From the NCBI GenBank assembly GCA_021432655.1, contig MU271424.1, positions 1-64,000 of the forward strand: DNA of 64,000 bases, given 5' to 3'. The notes under the pieces are model-generated. The model was not told where the DNA came from. It ran no database searches and was given only the letters and a program-made list of their open reading frames with translations. A program made the translations under genes and the position numbers. Shown here piece by piece: positions 24,959-36,673 of this stretch. Position 1 is the stretch's first letter, and each line of letters starts with the position of its first letter. The stretch is from Atractiella rhizophila (taxonomy: Eukaryota).

Positions 24959-26339
24959 TGGAGCTCAGTGACTTGATTTCAAACAATATCATTGCATTCC
25001 TTCGCACAAACCGCACCGTTGCGCGTCACCAGTCAGGCAAACACCCGGCTTCATCTGAGAACAATTGGAGCTTTCTGCGTAGACTCCCACCCACCCTTAC
25101 AACCGCTCTAATGAGTACAAGAGATCACAGTCTAAAACACAACCGCTGTCCAGAAGCGTTCCACTATCCGTTTGTTCAACGTTGTTCTTTACTCAGGCTG
25201 ATGACGTCGTTGCTGACGTCGTCGACGTTTCAGGGCAAAGAGTATTGGCACAAAAGCAACGAATATCCCTATACTGCAAAGGTAACAAGAAACAGAAGCA
25301 ATGTCAGACATTCAGGAGGGTGATAGGGTGGAGTATGCTCCATACCATCAAGCAAGTCAGTTTGCTTCGCCCAAACAGTGTTTTCCAAGCGGACACTAAC
25401 TGGAAATGTAGAGGATCCAAAGAGCGCAAAGAGTAAATCGACGGGAGAGGTAGTTAGCGTAATTCCTTTTAATACTCTCTAAAATCTGGGGTAAATTAAT
25501 CGAAAGGTAAACGAGAAACCGAAAAAAGATGATCCCGATGTTTGTCTTCCTTTATCAAGATGTTAATCAGATATCTGACACAAGAACAGCATAAGACGTA
25601 TACGATTAAGAACGATAACACGGGGAAAGATACAACTTATGGAGTACGCACTTCTCTCACTTTATCACATTGCGCTGGGTTCATCAAGCACAAAGGAACG
25701 AAGCATCACGGCCAAACTGGATGATTAGTTGATTGGTTCTTGTCCTTGCTCATTCTGTCAGGACAGAGAATATGTTGTCAATAGTTTTAAATGTGAATAT
25801 GTGTGAATAGCACTTGAGCAGAAGGAAATGATTCCAATGGTTTGCGTCGCTGCAGTGTGGAGTTGCAGCCTCACGGTATTCTTGAGGTCTAACGTCTCGA
25901 ATGAATATTTTTTTAAAGCGCCTTTCACCAAGGAAACTACGGCACATCTTTACAAGCTGGTTGACCTTTGAAGGTCCCTTCGTTCATCAAAAACGGACAA
26001 GGATGGCCATGAACTGCAACTTGAGTGGTGAATCATGTTTGCATTTCAGATGCCTCCGCCCAGACCGAAAAGAGCGAACAGTTGTACATTTTACAAGGAT
26101 TAAATTGGCTCGTGAAGTTGCAAGCATGAATATTAACTAGGGGTAGGTTCGACCATGGTTAATTTCGAGTCGTTTTCGAGATGAAAAAATGGATAGGTAT
26201 ATGGATAAAATGCGAGGGGAGACGACGAGGTGGTGATAATGCGAGTAAAGAAAAACGACCATCAAAAATCGAAGTGAAGGGACTCAACTACCTCCGTCCC
26301 CATCCGTCCGTCAGATCTGAATCCACTCAAGTCAACTCT

Positions 26340-28453
26340 TTAAAACATTCCTCCTCCCATACCTCCCATTCCGCCCATTCCTCCAGGCATGGCGGGAGCA
26401 CTCTTCTCCTCCGGAGCGTCGACGACACAGCATTCCGAAGTGGCGAGGAGAGAGGCGACACCGGAAGCGTCAACGAGGGCAGTCTTGACGACAAGGAGGG
26501 GATCCAGGATACCACGCTCGATCATGTTGACGTATTCACCCTTTGCGGCATCGTAACCCATCTCGAATTTGTCACCGTATTGGGAAAGCAGGTTTCCGAC
26601 AATGACGGATCCCTCTTCACCGGCATTCTCGACGATGGTGCGGGCGGGTTTGGTGAGGGCCGACTTGATGATGGAAACACCAAGGGACTGATCGAAGTTG
26701 GCAGTCTTGATATCTTTCAGGATTTGGGAAGCCCTGGCGACCAAACATTAGTGACGGGATGAAGGGGAGAACGGAAAAACATGCTTGAGAAGGGCAACTC
26801 CACCCCCGGGTACGATACCATCTTCGACGGCAGCACGGGTAGCGTTAAGCGCGTCGTCGTATCGGTCCTTCTTCTCACCGACTTCAACTTCGCTGGCACC
26901 TCCGACCTTGATGACGGCAACACCACCAGAGAGCTTAGCAAGACGCTCCTGGAGCTTACCCTTGTCGTAATCGCTGGTAGTGGGGTCGTTCATGAGGGCA
27001 CGGATCTGTTCGCATCGCTCCTGGATCATTGACTTAGTGCCGGTACCCTGAAGGAGGACAGTGTCGTCCTTGGTGATGGTGAGGGATCCGCATGAGCCGA
27101 GAAGGTCAGGTGTGGCACGGTCAAGCTTGATGTCGAGCTCGTCAGTGAAGACAGTTCCTCCGGTAAGAATGGCGAGATCTCCAAGGATGGATTTTCGGTT
27201 GTCTCCGAAACCTGGAGCCTTGACGGCAGCGACTTGGAGTTGACCACGGAGCTTGTTGAGAATACAAGCAGCAAGAGCTTCTCCGTCAACATCTTCAGCA
27301 ATGATGACCAAGGGCCGTCGTTGTTGAGCGGACATCTCAAGGGAAGGAAGGATATCCTGAATAGCGGAGATCTTCTTCTCAGAGAGCAGGATGAGAGGTT
27401 TCTCGAATTCGACTTTTTGGGTCTTGACGTCGGTAACGAAGTAGGGAGAAATGTAACCACGGTCGAAACGCATTCCCTCCGTGATCTCAATCTCGTCTTC
27501 GATAGTCCTGCCTTCCTTAACGGTGATGACTCCCTCTTTCCCAACCTTCTCCATGGCTTGAGCAATCAGGCTGCCGACGTGGACGTCGCCATTAGCGCTG
27601 ATGGTAGCGACCTGAAGTTCGCCTTTTAACTTTTGGATTTGTATGACTGGAGAAGCCTCACCTGAGCAATTTCATCAGAAGTAGTGATTACCCGCTTGTT
27701 GCTATCAAGGAACTTGAGAACAGCGTCAACGGCAGCCTGCGAACCCCGACGAAGGTCCATGGGATTGCAGCCAGCGGCAACATTCTTGACACCTTCCGAG
27801 TAGATAGCGCGAGCAAGGACGGTAGCGGTCGTAGTACCGTCGCCAGCAATCTCGTTCGTCTTGCTCGCCACATCCTGCACCAACCTTGAAAAGCAAAATG
27901 ATACGTCAGCAACGTTCCTTACTGTGGGTGCAAGATGAGTAGAAAAATCTCCCACTGCTCCGTTTCGCTCTTGCTTGGAGCACAGAACAAGATTGAAAAA
28001 TACAGTGGTGCCACTTTCGTGACTTTCATTAGGAATAGTGCAAGGGACAACGCCGGGTGGACGCGTCATGCAATTTTCCCCTACTTTCGCCACGACACCC
28101 TTAAATGTACGGTAATACTCACTTTGCACCAAGGTTCTCAAACTTGTCCTGAAGAGTGATGCTCTTGGCAACAGTTACACCATCCCTGGTTGCCGCTGTC
28201 AGTTTGCTATCCAAGAAAAATGAAAAGTGACGAACTTGGTAATTTTGGGTCCACCGAAGGGCTGTTCGATGATAACATTCCTTCCTTTTGGCCCAAGGGT
28301 CACAGAGACAGCTTTGGCGAGGATGTCGACACCGGCCAACATGGAAGCTCTTGCCTCTGACGAGAACTTGAGCATTTTGTGGGCATGCCGCCGTTGCTGG
28401 CGGAGCGCAAGGGAAGGGAGTTGGGGGGTAGCGCGGGCGACTGAGCGGAGCAT
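26340..28453 (-). CDS. HSP60: Mitochondrial chaperonin 60
   Basis: Presequence; [49 protein letters not shown] tail; 5 exons. Confidence 0.98.
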
Positions 28454-28523
28454 GTTGACGGTTGAAGTGGTGGATGGAAACTGAAAATAAAAAGTGAGCA
28501 GGCTGAAGAAATGTTGTCGTCGT

Positions 28524-28597
28524 GGAAGTATTCGAGAAATTCGAAAATTTTTGGTAAGGTTTGCCAGTCGAGCCTTCTCGATTCACAGAACTTTTCG
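28524..28597. promoter_or_regulatory. Putative heat-shock elements upstream of HSP60
   Basis: Alternating GAA/TTC units: ggaagtattcgagaaattcgaaaattt and ttctcgattcacagaacttttcg, ~70-145 bp upstream of the ATG. Confidence 0.5.
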
Positions 28598-29496
28598 CAC
28601 GTGTCCACTCCTCCACTCGTTCTCAGCTGAGAGAAATATGGTCGCAACAACTCTTCCCTACTCACATTCTCTCCCGTTACATGCTTAGATATTGTAGTCG
28701 CGCCCGAAATCGAAGAATCTATTCTCCTGCTGTAAAACAACGGTTTATCGTGTAAAAAGTTTGTAAAAGGATGAGTCGCTAGATTGGTCTGTCTTTCCTT
28801 TTGACAGTGATTACGAGAACGATTTCTTTCATTTTCCGTGCATATATTGTCTCTGTGTTGGCGTTGTATGCAGCAACTTGAGGTTCTTATTCAGGTGCCT
28901 GTGTTAAATGCATCAAACCCAACTACATTGTGACCTTTATGAAGCAAAGTCAGATCTAGTCAGAGCTGACCCAAGGTCTACTATCAACCGAGAAAATAGT
29001 GATTTCACTTTATCGACCACATTACTTTTTAAATTTTTGTCCAAAGAGTTGTACGTTATGGCACCACATGTCTATTGGTCTGGGATTGTCCGTTTGCAAC
29101 CAAACCAGGAATCAAAATCATATCCTGCACAATGCATCCTACACTACGATACACAATGGTCCAAGTTTGTTCTCAAATTGTTGGTCTCAGAGTGTCAGTG
29201 TTGCTTGGAAATTCCGTCATTTCTGCATCCAAACGTTGGGGTTGAGAACGTTCTCGTTTATGGTGGATAATATAAAGGGAATCAATATTTCTATTACGTC
29301 AATCATATGCCAATATACATACATGTAACGATAAGAACGGTGCACTTTGAAGTTCGAAAGGGAGCTTTCCCAAGTATTTCTACAACATAGAGATGGTACA
29401 AAGAAAATAGAAGTGCAACTAAGCGTAGCATAACATCTACGCCAGAATTTCAGAGCAGAATTATCAGGAAGAGCAAAACTAAGCTTCCAAAGGAAC

Positions 29497-30152
29497 CTAT
29501 TTCAAACCTGAGCTACCATGATGATGAACTCTCGCTCCAGGAATGCATCGTCTCCGATCAAGGGAGATTTTATAACCACCCTTACAGCTCACTGTCACAT
29601 CGTTACTTCTCCTCATCGAAAAATCGAGAGATAGAGTGGAACGTACAAATCTCGCATGTTCCTTCATCACATCCGACACCAAGCGCATGAGGGAGGGTCG
29701 AGCAATCCTGTCCACCTCCGCGTTTCAAAGCCGAACAACCGCCGCAATTGAAAAGATCATTAATGGGGTCCACACACTCGTATCCGTCTGCACTCGTCGT
29801 TCTCCCTCTCGAAGAAGCAGCCGCCGAACTCCGCTGTTTGCCGTGTTGCACGCTGAGTGTGGAACTTGAAGGGGAGTGTGGAAGGGGGCAAGCGATCTCG
29901 TGCTCGGAGGGACAGAGTGTGTTGATTGGCTTCGCCTTCTTGGTTGAGTGGTGGTGAGTGAGACGTGGGTGGTGATACGGCTCGCAGGCTGTTGAACCGT
30001 TGTCGTCAAGGTCACGGACGAGGATGTGGAGAGAAAGACAAACCTCCATTGCGAGGGATGAATCCCGGGTCGCAGCGTAGCCTGTTATCGAAATCCTGAG
30101 CTCGCGAGAGGTTGATGAGCAGGATGAGCAAGAAAGTGATAACTCGTAGCAT
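29497..30152 (-). CDS. Secreted Cys-rich CPL1/priA-like protein
   Basis: Signal peptide MLRVITFLLILLINLSRA; LCP..IACP..YECVD..FNCGGC..GQDC..VGCDEGTCEI|VSCKGGY..C pattern. Confidence 0.85.
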
Positions 30153-30775
30153 GTTGACTTTCCTGTTTCGAAAAAAGACAGTGATGGAATAGGAGAGGTG
30201 AAGGTTTCTTCGTTATGAAGCCTTCAACAGCTTGCTTGTTGGTGCAGGGCACAACAATGGATCGGTTTCTCGGGATCCATTTCCAGGCGCGTTGTTGACT
30301 GCAAATGTCTCACTCGTCAAAAACAAAAACAGAGTTTGGTATCGGAGCTGGGTCAAGGTGATGGCGCATTCACCTCACAATTCTTCGGAACAGTAAACCT
30401 AAAACTAACATTTCGAGATGGACTTGGTACAACAAGCCTGACCACATTCAAACAGAATCATGGAATTATAACAATTTCCAGAACATCCAGAACAAGCAAG
30501 CAAACAGAGTTAACGGCCAACGGACAGGAACGCCGGCATTCGGGTGGAAGCGGAGGAACTCGGAAATGAACTGAATCAGCGTGAAATCGCTGCCGTGGAT
30601 TCCCGCTGCGGCACCCCGGCTTTTACCCCGCTGTGTTTCTCAAAACGACGAAGCTTTGCATCACTCTTCCCGACTCAGCTCAAGTGACATTCATGATACA
30701 TCTATTCACACTCCTTGACTGCAGCTCTTCACGGGAACCCTACTTCGAACGAAGCCAGCGAGTCCAGCGGTAGCC

Positions 30776-32381
30776 ATGCTCAAAAAGCAACTCGCCAAAG
30801 GTGCCAGAACATTCACGGGAACCCATTCCGTCCCTATCCCAACGGACGAAGCTTACAGATTGCGATATCGTACGGTTCCTATTGACCACCTCAAGCAGGA
30901 GGATGTGGAGATCGAAAGATTGCTCAAAAAGGCACTGAAACATCCAGCGTCGAGAGTGGTGAGCGATCAGCAGATTCAGCACATTATCAGGGAAGCATTG
31001 AAGAAGGGACATGAGGAGGAGTCTCTCAAACGAAGACTCGCTCGAGAAGGACGTCTGAAGCTGGAGTCGCTGTGGGACCCCGAGTCCACAGATCTCGCGT
31101 GGTTGTTGAAGTACAACCCTCCTCGTCCTTCCTCTCCACGACCCACGGCTCTCCTTTTCCCTGGTTCCGGTTCTCAGTATCCGAAAATGGGGTTCACCTT
31201 CTACTCGAAATTTGACACGTTTCGAAAGACGTGGGAGGAGGCTACAAAGGTTCTGGCAGGATGGGACGAGTGGATGAAGAGTTTGGGGTTGGAGCATATG
31301 GCAAAAAGGCTGGAGAACATCGAACGTACTTCAGAGGACAATGACGAGGAACGCTGGGAATGTCTGAGAGATGTTGTAGAAAACGCTCCTCAGCATATCC
31401 TCATGCGAAGTTCAAATTGCCAACCTGCCATTTTGATAACGAGTATCGGAATCCTGCGAGTTCTCGAGAAAGATTACAACACGGATCTGAGTGCTAGCGC
31501 GGACTGGTTCTTGGGTCATTCGAGTGGTGAATATTCAGCGGCCGTGGCGAGCGGAGCAATCTCTTTCGAGGACGGAGTGCGACTGACTGTTCGTTTCTTT
31601 CCATGTCCTGTCATGTTTTCTGACGATGCCTACGAAACAGCGTCTTCATGGCCTTTTGACTCACGAGACCCTTTTGAATTCTAAGCTCGTCCCCTTCACC
31701 GACTTCGACGCTCCGGATTCTCTACGTGGACAAATGGCAGCAATGCTGATCAAGCAAGGGCACACGCACGACGAAGTGAATGAAGTCTGCGCATTCGTAC
31801 GCTCGCAAGGAGAACTCGTCGAAGTCGCCTCCTACAACTCTTCTGCACAAGTCGTCCTTTCCGGAGCACGATCCGGCATACTCCTCGCCGCTCAAGAACT
31901 CGAGAACCGTGGCATCGGTGCTCGAGCTGCCGATCTCCCCGTTTCCGCTCCATTCCATTGCAGTTTCATGGAACCTGCACAGGAAGAGTTGAAGAAGGTT
32001 CTTGTGCGCATGGAGATCAAGCGTCCCCGGAAACCCATCATCAGTGGCTTACACCCTGCACCTCTTTTCGAACCCTCCCAACTCATCGAGCACCTCACCA
32101 ACCAGATTTCGAAACCGGTTCAGTGGACGTCGGCTCTCAATTATTTGAGGAAGGAAGGATGCGAACGTATGGTTTACATCGGTCCTGGGAAAGCTTTGAG
32201 CAATATGGCGCGGAAGGAGATCCAACGTGGAATTTGGGAGGCTAATAAAGAGGGAGAAGCTACAGAGATAGCTTCTTTGGCCACCGAACACGATTTGGAG
32301 AGGGTTCGAGTGATGATGCTGAGAGAGACGGAGGATGATGTCGAAGAAAGAGAGGTAAAGGGACGGGAAGTCATGGCCTGA
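30776..32381 (+). CDS. MCT1: Malonyl-CoA:ACP transacylase-like (FabD fold), mitochondrial type, long N-terminal extension
   Basis: ALLFPGSGSQY, CQPAIL, GHSSGEYSA, YNSSAQVVLSG, VSAPFHC, PVQW, IGPG; intron 31589-31640. Confidence 0.88.
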
Positions 32382-33067
32382 TTCATTATTTTCTGTGCAT
32401 GTTTCTGTCGACGGTTTCTGGTCTTGCAGGTCTTTTCGAGTTTCTTATTCACGGTTACTACGTATCAGATCCACCTATTAAGTTCTAGCTTCTGAGCCAG
32501 AATCCTTGATCGTTATGTTGTGAACAACGAACCCTCATATGTACAATATCTTGTGACAAGCAATGGTGAATTATTGATTTACCCAAGACTATTCTCTCAC
32601 AAGCCGAATTTCGAATTTCTTTTGTTGCAGCCCTACCAAGCTTAGGATAAAGGTATTGCGTGTTCTTGAAGATTGAATAAATAAACGGGAGAAACGATTC
32701 TGAAGTGAGATGTTTATTTAACTTGATTAGGAGGGTTTGACCCTAATCGTTTCAGTCGCGGTTGAAAGGATGCTGGACCTGTCGGAGACAGCATGAGAAT
32801 TAGAAAATGCACCAAGTCACATGAGAGAACACAAGGGTCAAAACTCTTGATCCCCTTGTTTCTGCACTGCACAGCCTTCATACAAAACGCAAGTGTTTCA
32901 CAAGGCTTGACATATTTGACCAAGTGTTCCACTCGACCGTCCAAGTCAAATAAAGGGGATGGAGCACAGTGTAATTTTGCGCCATCATTCACATTAATAC
33001 TCGCACCGTTTCGCAAAGAGCAAACCAACGTAACCTTCTATTGCAGAATTTATCCGCATCGTTTATC

Positions 33068-34768
33068 ATGTCGGCCAACAACTATTATTACGTCCCCATT
33101 CCTCGAAATAATGATGGGCGACTCCCCGCAAACCCTCGCTCCTGGAAGGATGCGGCAAGGAGCAGAAATCCATCCTTCTCCTCTCAGGCCACCTCTGCCT
33201 CTCAATATTCACAGTCATCAGCTACGTATTCTGGTCAACACGAACACGCGGCTCCCTCAGCAAGATCAGCTCGTCTAAAGACTCGATCATCTGGCGGGTC
33301 TTTAAATCGCCAATCTCACTCCACTGCTCCTCGACAAAGCAGACAGCCGGAATCTAGAAACCAGCGTTTCGCTCCTGAAATTCTGGAAGACGACTTTGGT
33401 GGGTATGAATTCGATGACGAAATCTTTCTCCCTCCCATCCCTCCGCTCCGGGTTACATCCAATTCTTCAGGCCGAAAGACACCAAGTGCAGCTGTCTACC
33501 CTCGCCCTCGCTTACACCGAAACCCACTACCTGTTCCACGTCATTTGTTGGCTCCGCAAGGCAGGGGTAGGGATTCTGTCTCGCGCCATGGACCTCTGCT
33601 GTATCCCCCAACCCTAACACCTCCCACCGCTCATCAACCGAGGGAGAGTGCCGGTCTACATTCTGACGCTCACATTACTAGAAAGAGAACTCGAATGCCT
33701 CCTCCGACTCCTCACAGCCATTCATCACAGAAGAGCTTTAAATTATCTGCAAATCTTGGTCCGCATACACTCCCTCCAGTTCCAAGTCGTACCACTCTGC
33801 AAACTCCACACACCACTCCTCGAGCTCCGGGCTCTACCCCTCCCAAGCCTACCAATACTTCCCTCCGCTCCACTCAAAACAAAGACACGTACGACGTAAA
33901 TCTAAAGCCTCCTCATGGGGACGGCAATGACAAGAGGGGATATGGGCTCCCGTCACATCCCGCCCCATCCATGCGCCGAATCCCCTCTCACGACGAGATC
34001 CAACGTCCCTTCATCCCTCCTCCAGGGTTGAAAGGATATGCTTCCATTGCCCCAGTTTCGGATCAAAGGTCCCCCGAGTACGCACTATGGGAATTTTATA
34101 GGCGGACAGAGCAGCCGGTGGAATTGGCAGAGTTGCAGAAGAAGATGAGGCTGAAGGATAGAGATAGGTGGCATTCATCTCCGCAGGAGCTGAAGGAGGT
34201 GCGTTCCTTCTAGTTCATCGAATTCTATTAATATTTGTTTTTCCACAGGACATTTTCCTCAAGTACCCTTCCATGTGGTCTGAAGAAGACCAACAGAGGA
34301 TAATGAGGGAGCTGGGAGATGTGTGTTTTCTCCAATGTCCCATCTCACAAAAAGAGCTAATTCCCCCTTCTTCTTGTGCGATAGTACTACGGCAAGGCCA
34401 GTCGTGGTCCTAGGACAGAACAGGACAACTTGAGGCTTCAAGAGTTGTATGCAAAGCAACGAGAGGAAGCTCGAGCGATGGATATGGAGAGGAACGTGCA
34501 GGAGAACCAAATCTATGTGCATATTCGACGTCCATTCCCATCTGCTGAAACTTGGGCTGACCTGTCTGACAAATAGATACGTCATTACGAAAAGGGCATC
34601 AAGGAGGACGAAGCCCGTCTGGCGTATATTCAGGCTGAGAAGCAACGCATCGACAATCTTCTTCCTCCTCGATCCTCCTTGGAGACTTCCATACAGAATA
34701 CCCTCAAGAAGGTCCCATCTTGTAGGACAATCAAGAAGGTACCTTCTCTAATTAGGATATTCGCATAA
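33068..34768 (+). CDS. Hypothetical Pro/Ser/Arg-rich protein with charged C-terminus
   Basis: 380-codon first exon plus short exons with GT-AG boundaries, ending ...KKVPSLIRIFA*. Confidence 0.65.
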
Positions 34769-36673
34769 GATTAAATTTCGCAATGGCATTTGTTTGCAAG
34801 AAGTCTTTCATGATTCCATCATTTTCGATACTTTGTACATTGAGTTTCTCGTCTTCGTATCGTTTGTAGATTGGTTTTCTTTATATGATTTATGCTCTAT
34901 GTCATGCCTACTTCTCTCTTCTATGCAATATGACACATGCACACAAGATAATCCAAAACGCTCCCTGTCATCCCTAATCCAAAACGCTCCCTGTCATCCC
35001 TCATCCCATTCTCATTCGCCAAAGAAAGCACGAACTAGATAACAAGCTCTGTACCCATCCTTGCTCTACTACACTAGACTCCCTGTTTGCTGTATGTCCT
35101 AGATTTCTTTCCAATCCCAATCTCTCACAAGATCTCACCATCCCATCGTCCATTGCTCGCTAGTATTGGCATCTGCGGCGGCACCGACAAAATCCTGGAC
35201 ATTTCCGCCGGCCTGGATCAATCGAAGATCATCTTGACTTTGACCATTTCCTTCACAATTCAGTAGAATCTTTTGCAACTATCCCTCTCAGCCCACACTA
35301 CCAACATCAGCAGAATGTCTTCTCTCACTCCCGAAGAACGCTTCAACCTCATTACCCGCTCGCTCGACGAAGTTCTGGATGGCGAACGGCTCAAGGCTTT
35401 GCTTGCTGAAGAAGGGCGAGAGATTAGCTTGTACTGGGGTGCGTCATTCCTCTAGTTCTAACAGGTAGCAGATAAACATGCAGATGGGATGGTATAGGCA
35501 CAGCAACAACTGGTCGACCGCATCTTGCCTACTTCGTGCCTCTCGCGAAGCTTGCCGACTTTCTAGCAGCTGGTGTACGAGTGAAAATCCTCCTAGCGGA
35601 CGTCCATGCGTTCCTCGATAACCTCAAGGCGCCATTCGAGCTTGTTGAGCTGAAAGGGAATCAAGGAGGACGAAGCCCGTCTGGCGTATATTCAGGCTGA
35701 GAAGCAACGCATCGACAATCTTCTTCCTCCTAGATCCTCCTTGGAGACTTCCATACAGAAGACCCTCAAGAAGGTCCCATCGATAGATAGGACAATCAAG
35801 AAAGTCCCTTCTCTAATTAGGATATTCGCATAGGATTAATTTCACAATTGCAGTTGGCAAGAAATCTGTCATAATTCTATCAGCTTCGCCACTTTGTAAA
35901 TTCTATTTCTAGCCTTCGTATGGTTTGTAGAATGTTTTCTTTATATGCCTCATGCTTCTATGTCATGCCTACTTCTCTCTTCTATGCAATATGATATATG
36001 TACACATGATAATCCAAAAGAGTTCCCTATCATTCCTCATTCGCCAAAGAAAGCACGAACTAGACAACAAGCTCTGTGCCCATCCTTGCTCAACTACACT
36101 AGACTCCCTGTTTGCTGTATGTCCTAGATTTCTTTCTAATCCAATCTAACACAAGATCTCACCATCTCATTGTCCGTCGCTCACTATTGTCATCTGCGAC
36201 GGCACCGACAAAATCCTGGACATTTCCGCCGCCCTGGATCAATCGAAGATCATCTTGACTTTGACCATTTCCTTCACTTTCAGTAGAAATCTTTTGCAAC
36301 TATCCCGCTCAGCCCACACTACCAACATCAGCAGAATGTCTTCTCTTACTCCCGAAGAACGCTTCAACCTCATTACGCGCTCGCTGGACGAAGTTCTGGA
36401 TGGCGAACGGCTCAAGGCTTTGCTTGCTGAAGAAGGACGAGAGATTAGCTTGTACTGGGGTTTGTCATTGCTCTTATTCCTATAGTTAGTAGGTAAACAA
36501 GTCGATGGGATGAAATAGGCACAGCAACAACTGGTCGACCGCATCTTGCTTACTTTGTCCCTCTCGCAAAGCTTGCCGACTTTCTAGCAACTGGTGTACG
36601 AGTGAAAATCCTCCTAGCGGACGTCCATGCGTTCCTCGATAACCTCAAGGCGCCATTCGAGCTTGTTGAGCTG
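34589..36673 (+). repeat. Diverged tandem duplication (~1.06 kb; copies ~34589-35653 and ~35652-36673)
   Basis: The last exon of the hypothetical gene, the intergenic DNA and the TyrRS 5' exons occur twice. Junction gagctGAaagggaatc. Confidence 0.95.
35315..35700 (+). pseudogene. Truncated TyrRS 5' copy (exon 1 plus part of exon 2) running out of frame into the duplicated exon
   Basis: [10 protein letters not shown]...[15 protein letters not shown]...APFELVEL then [15 protein letters not shown]. Confidence 0.8.

Noticed and set aside
28600..29400. HSP10 head-to-head with HSP60
   Set aside because: No Cpn10-like peptide found in the + strand ORFs.
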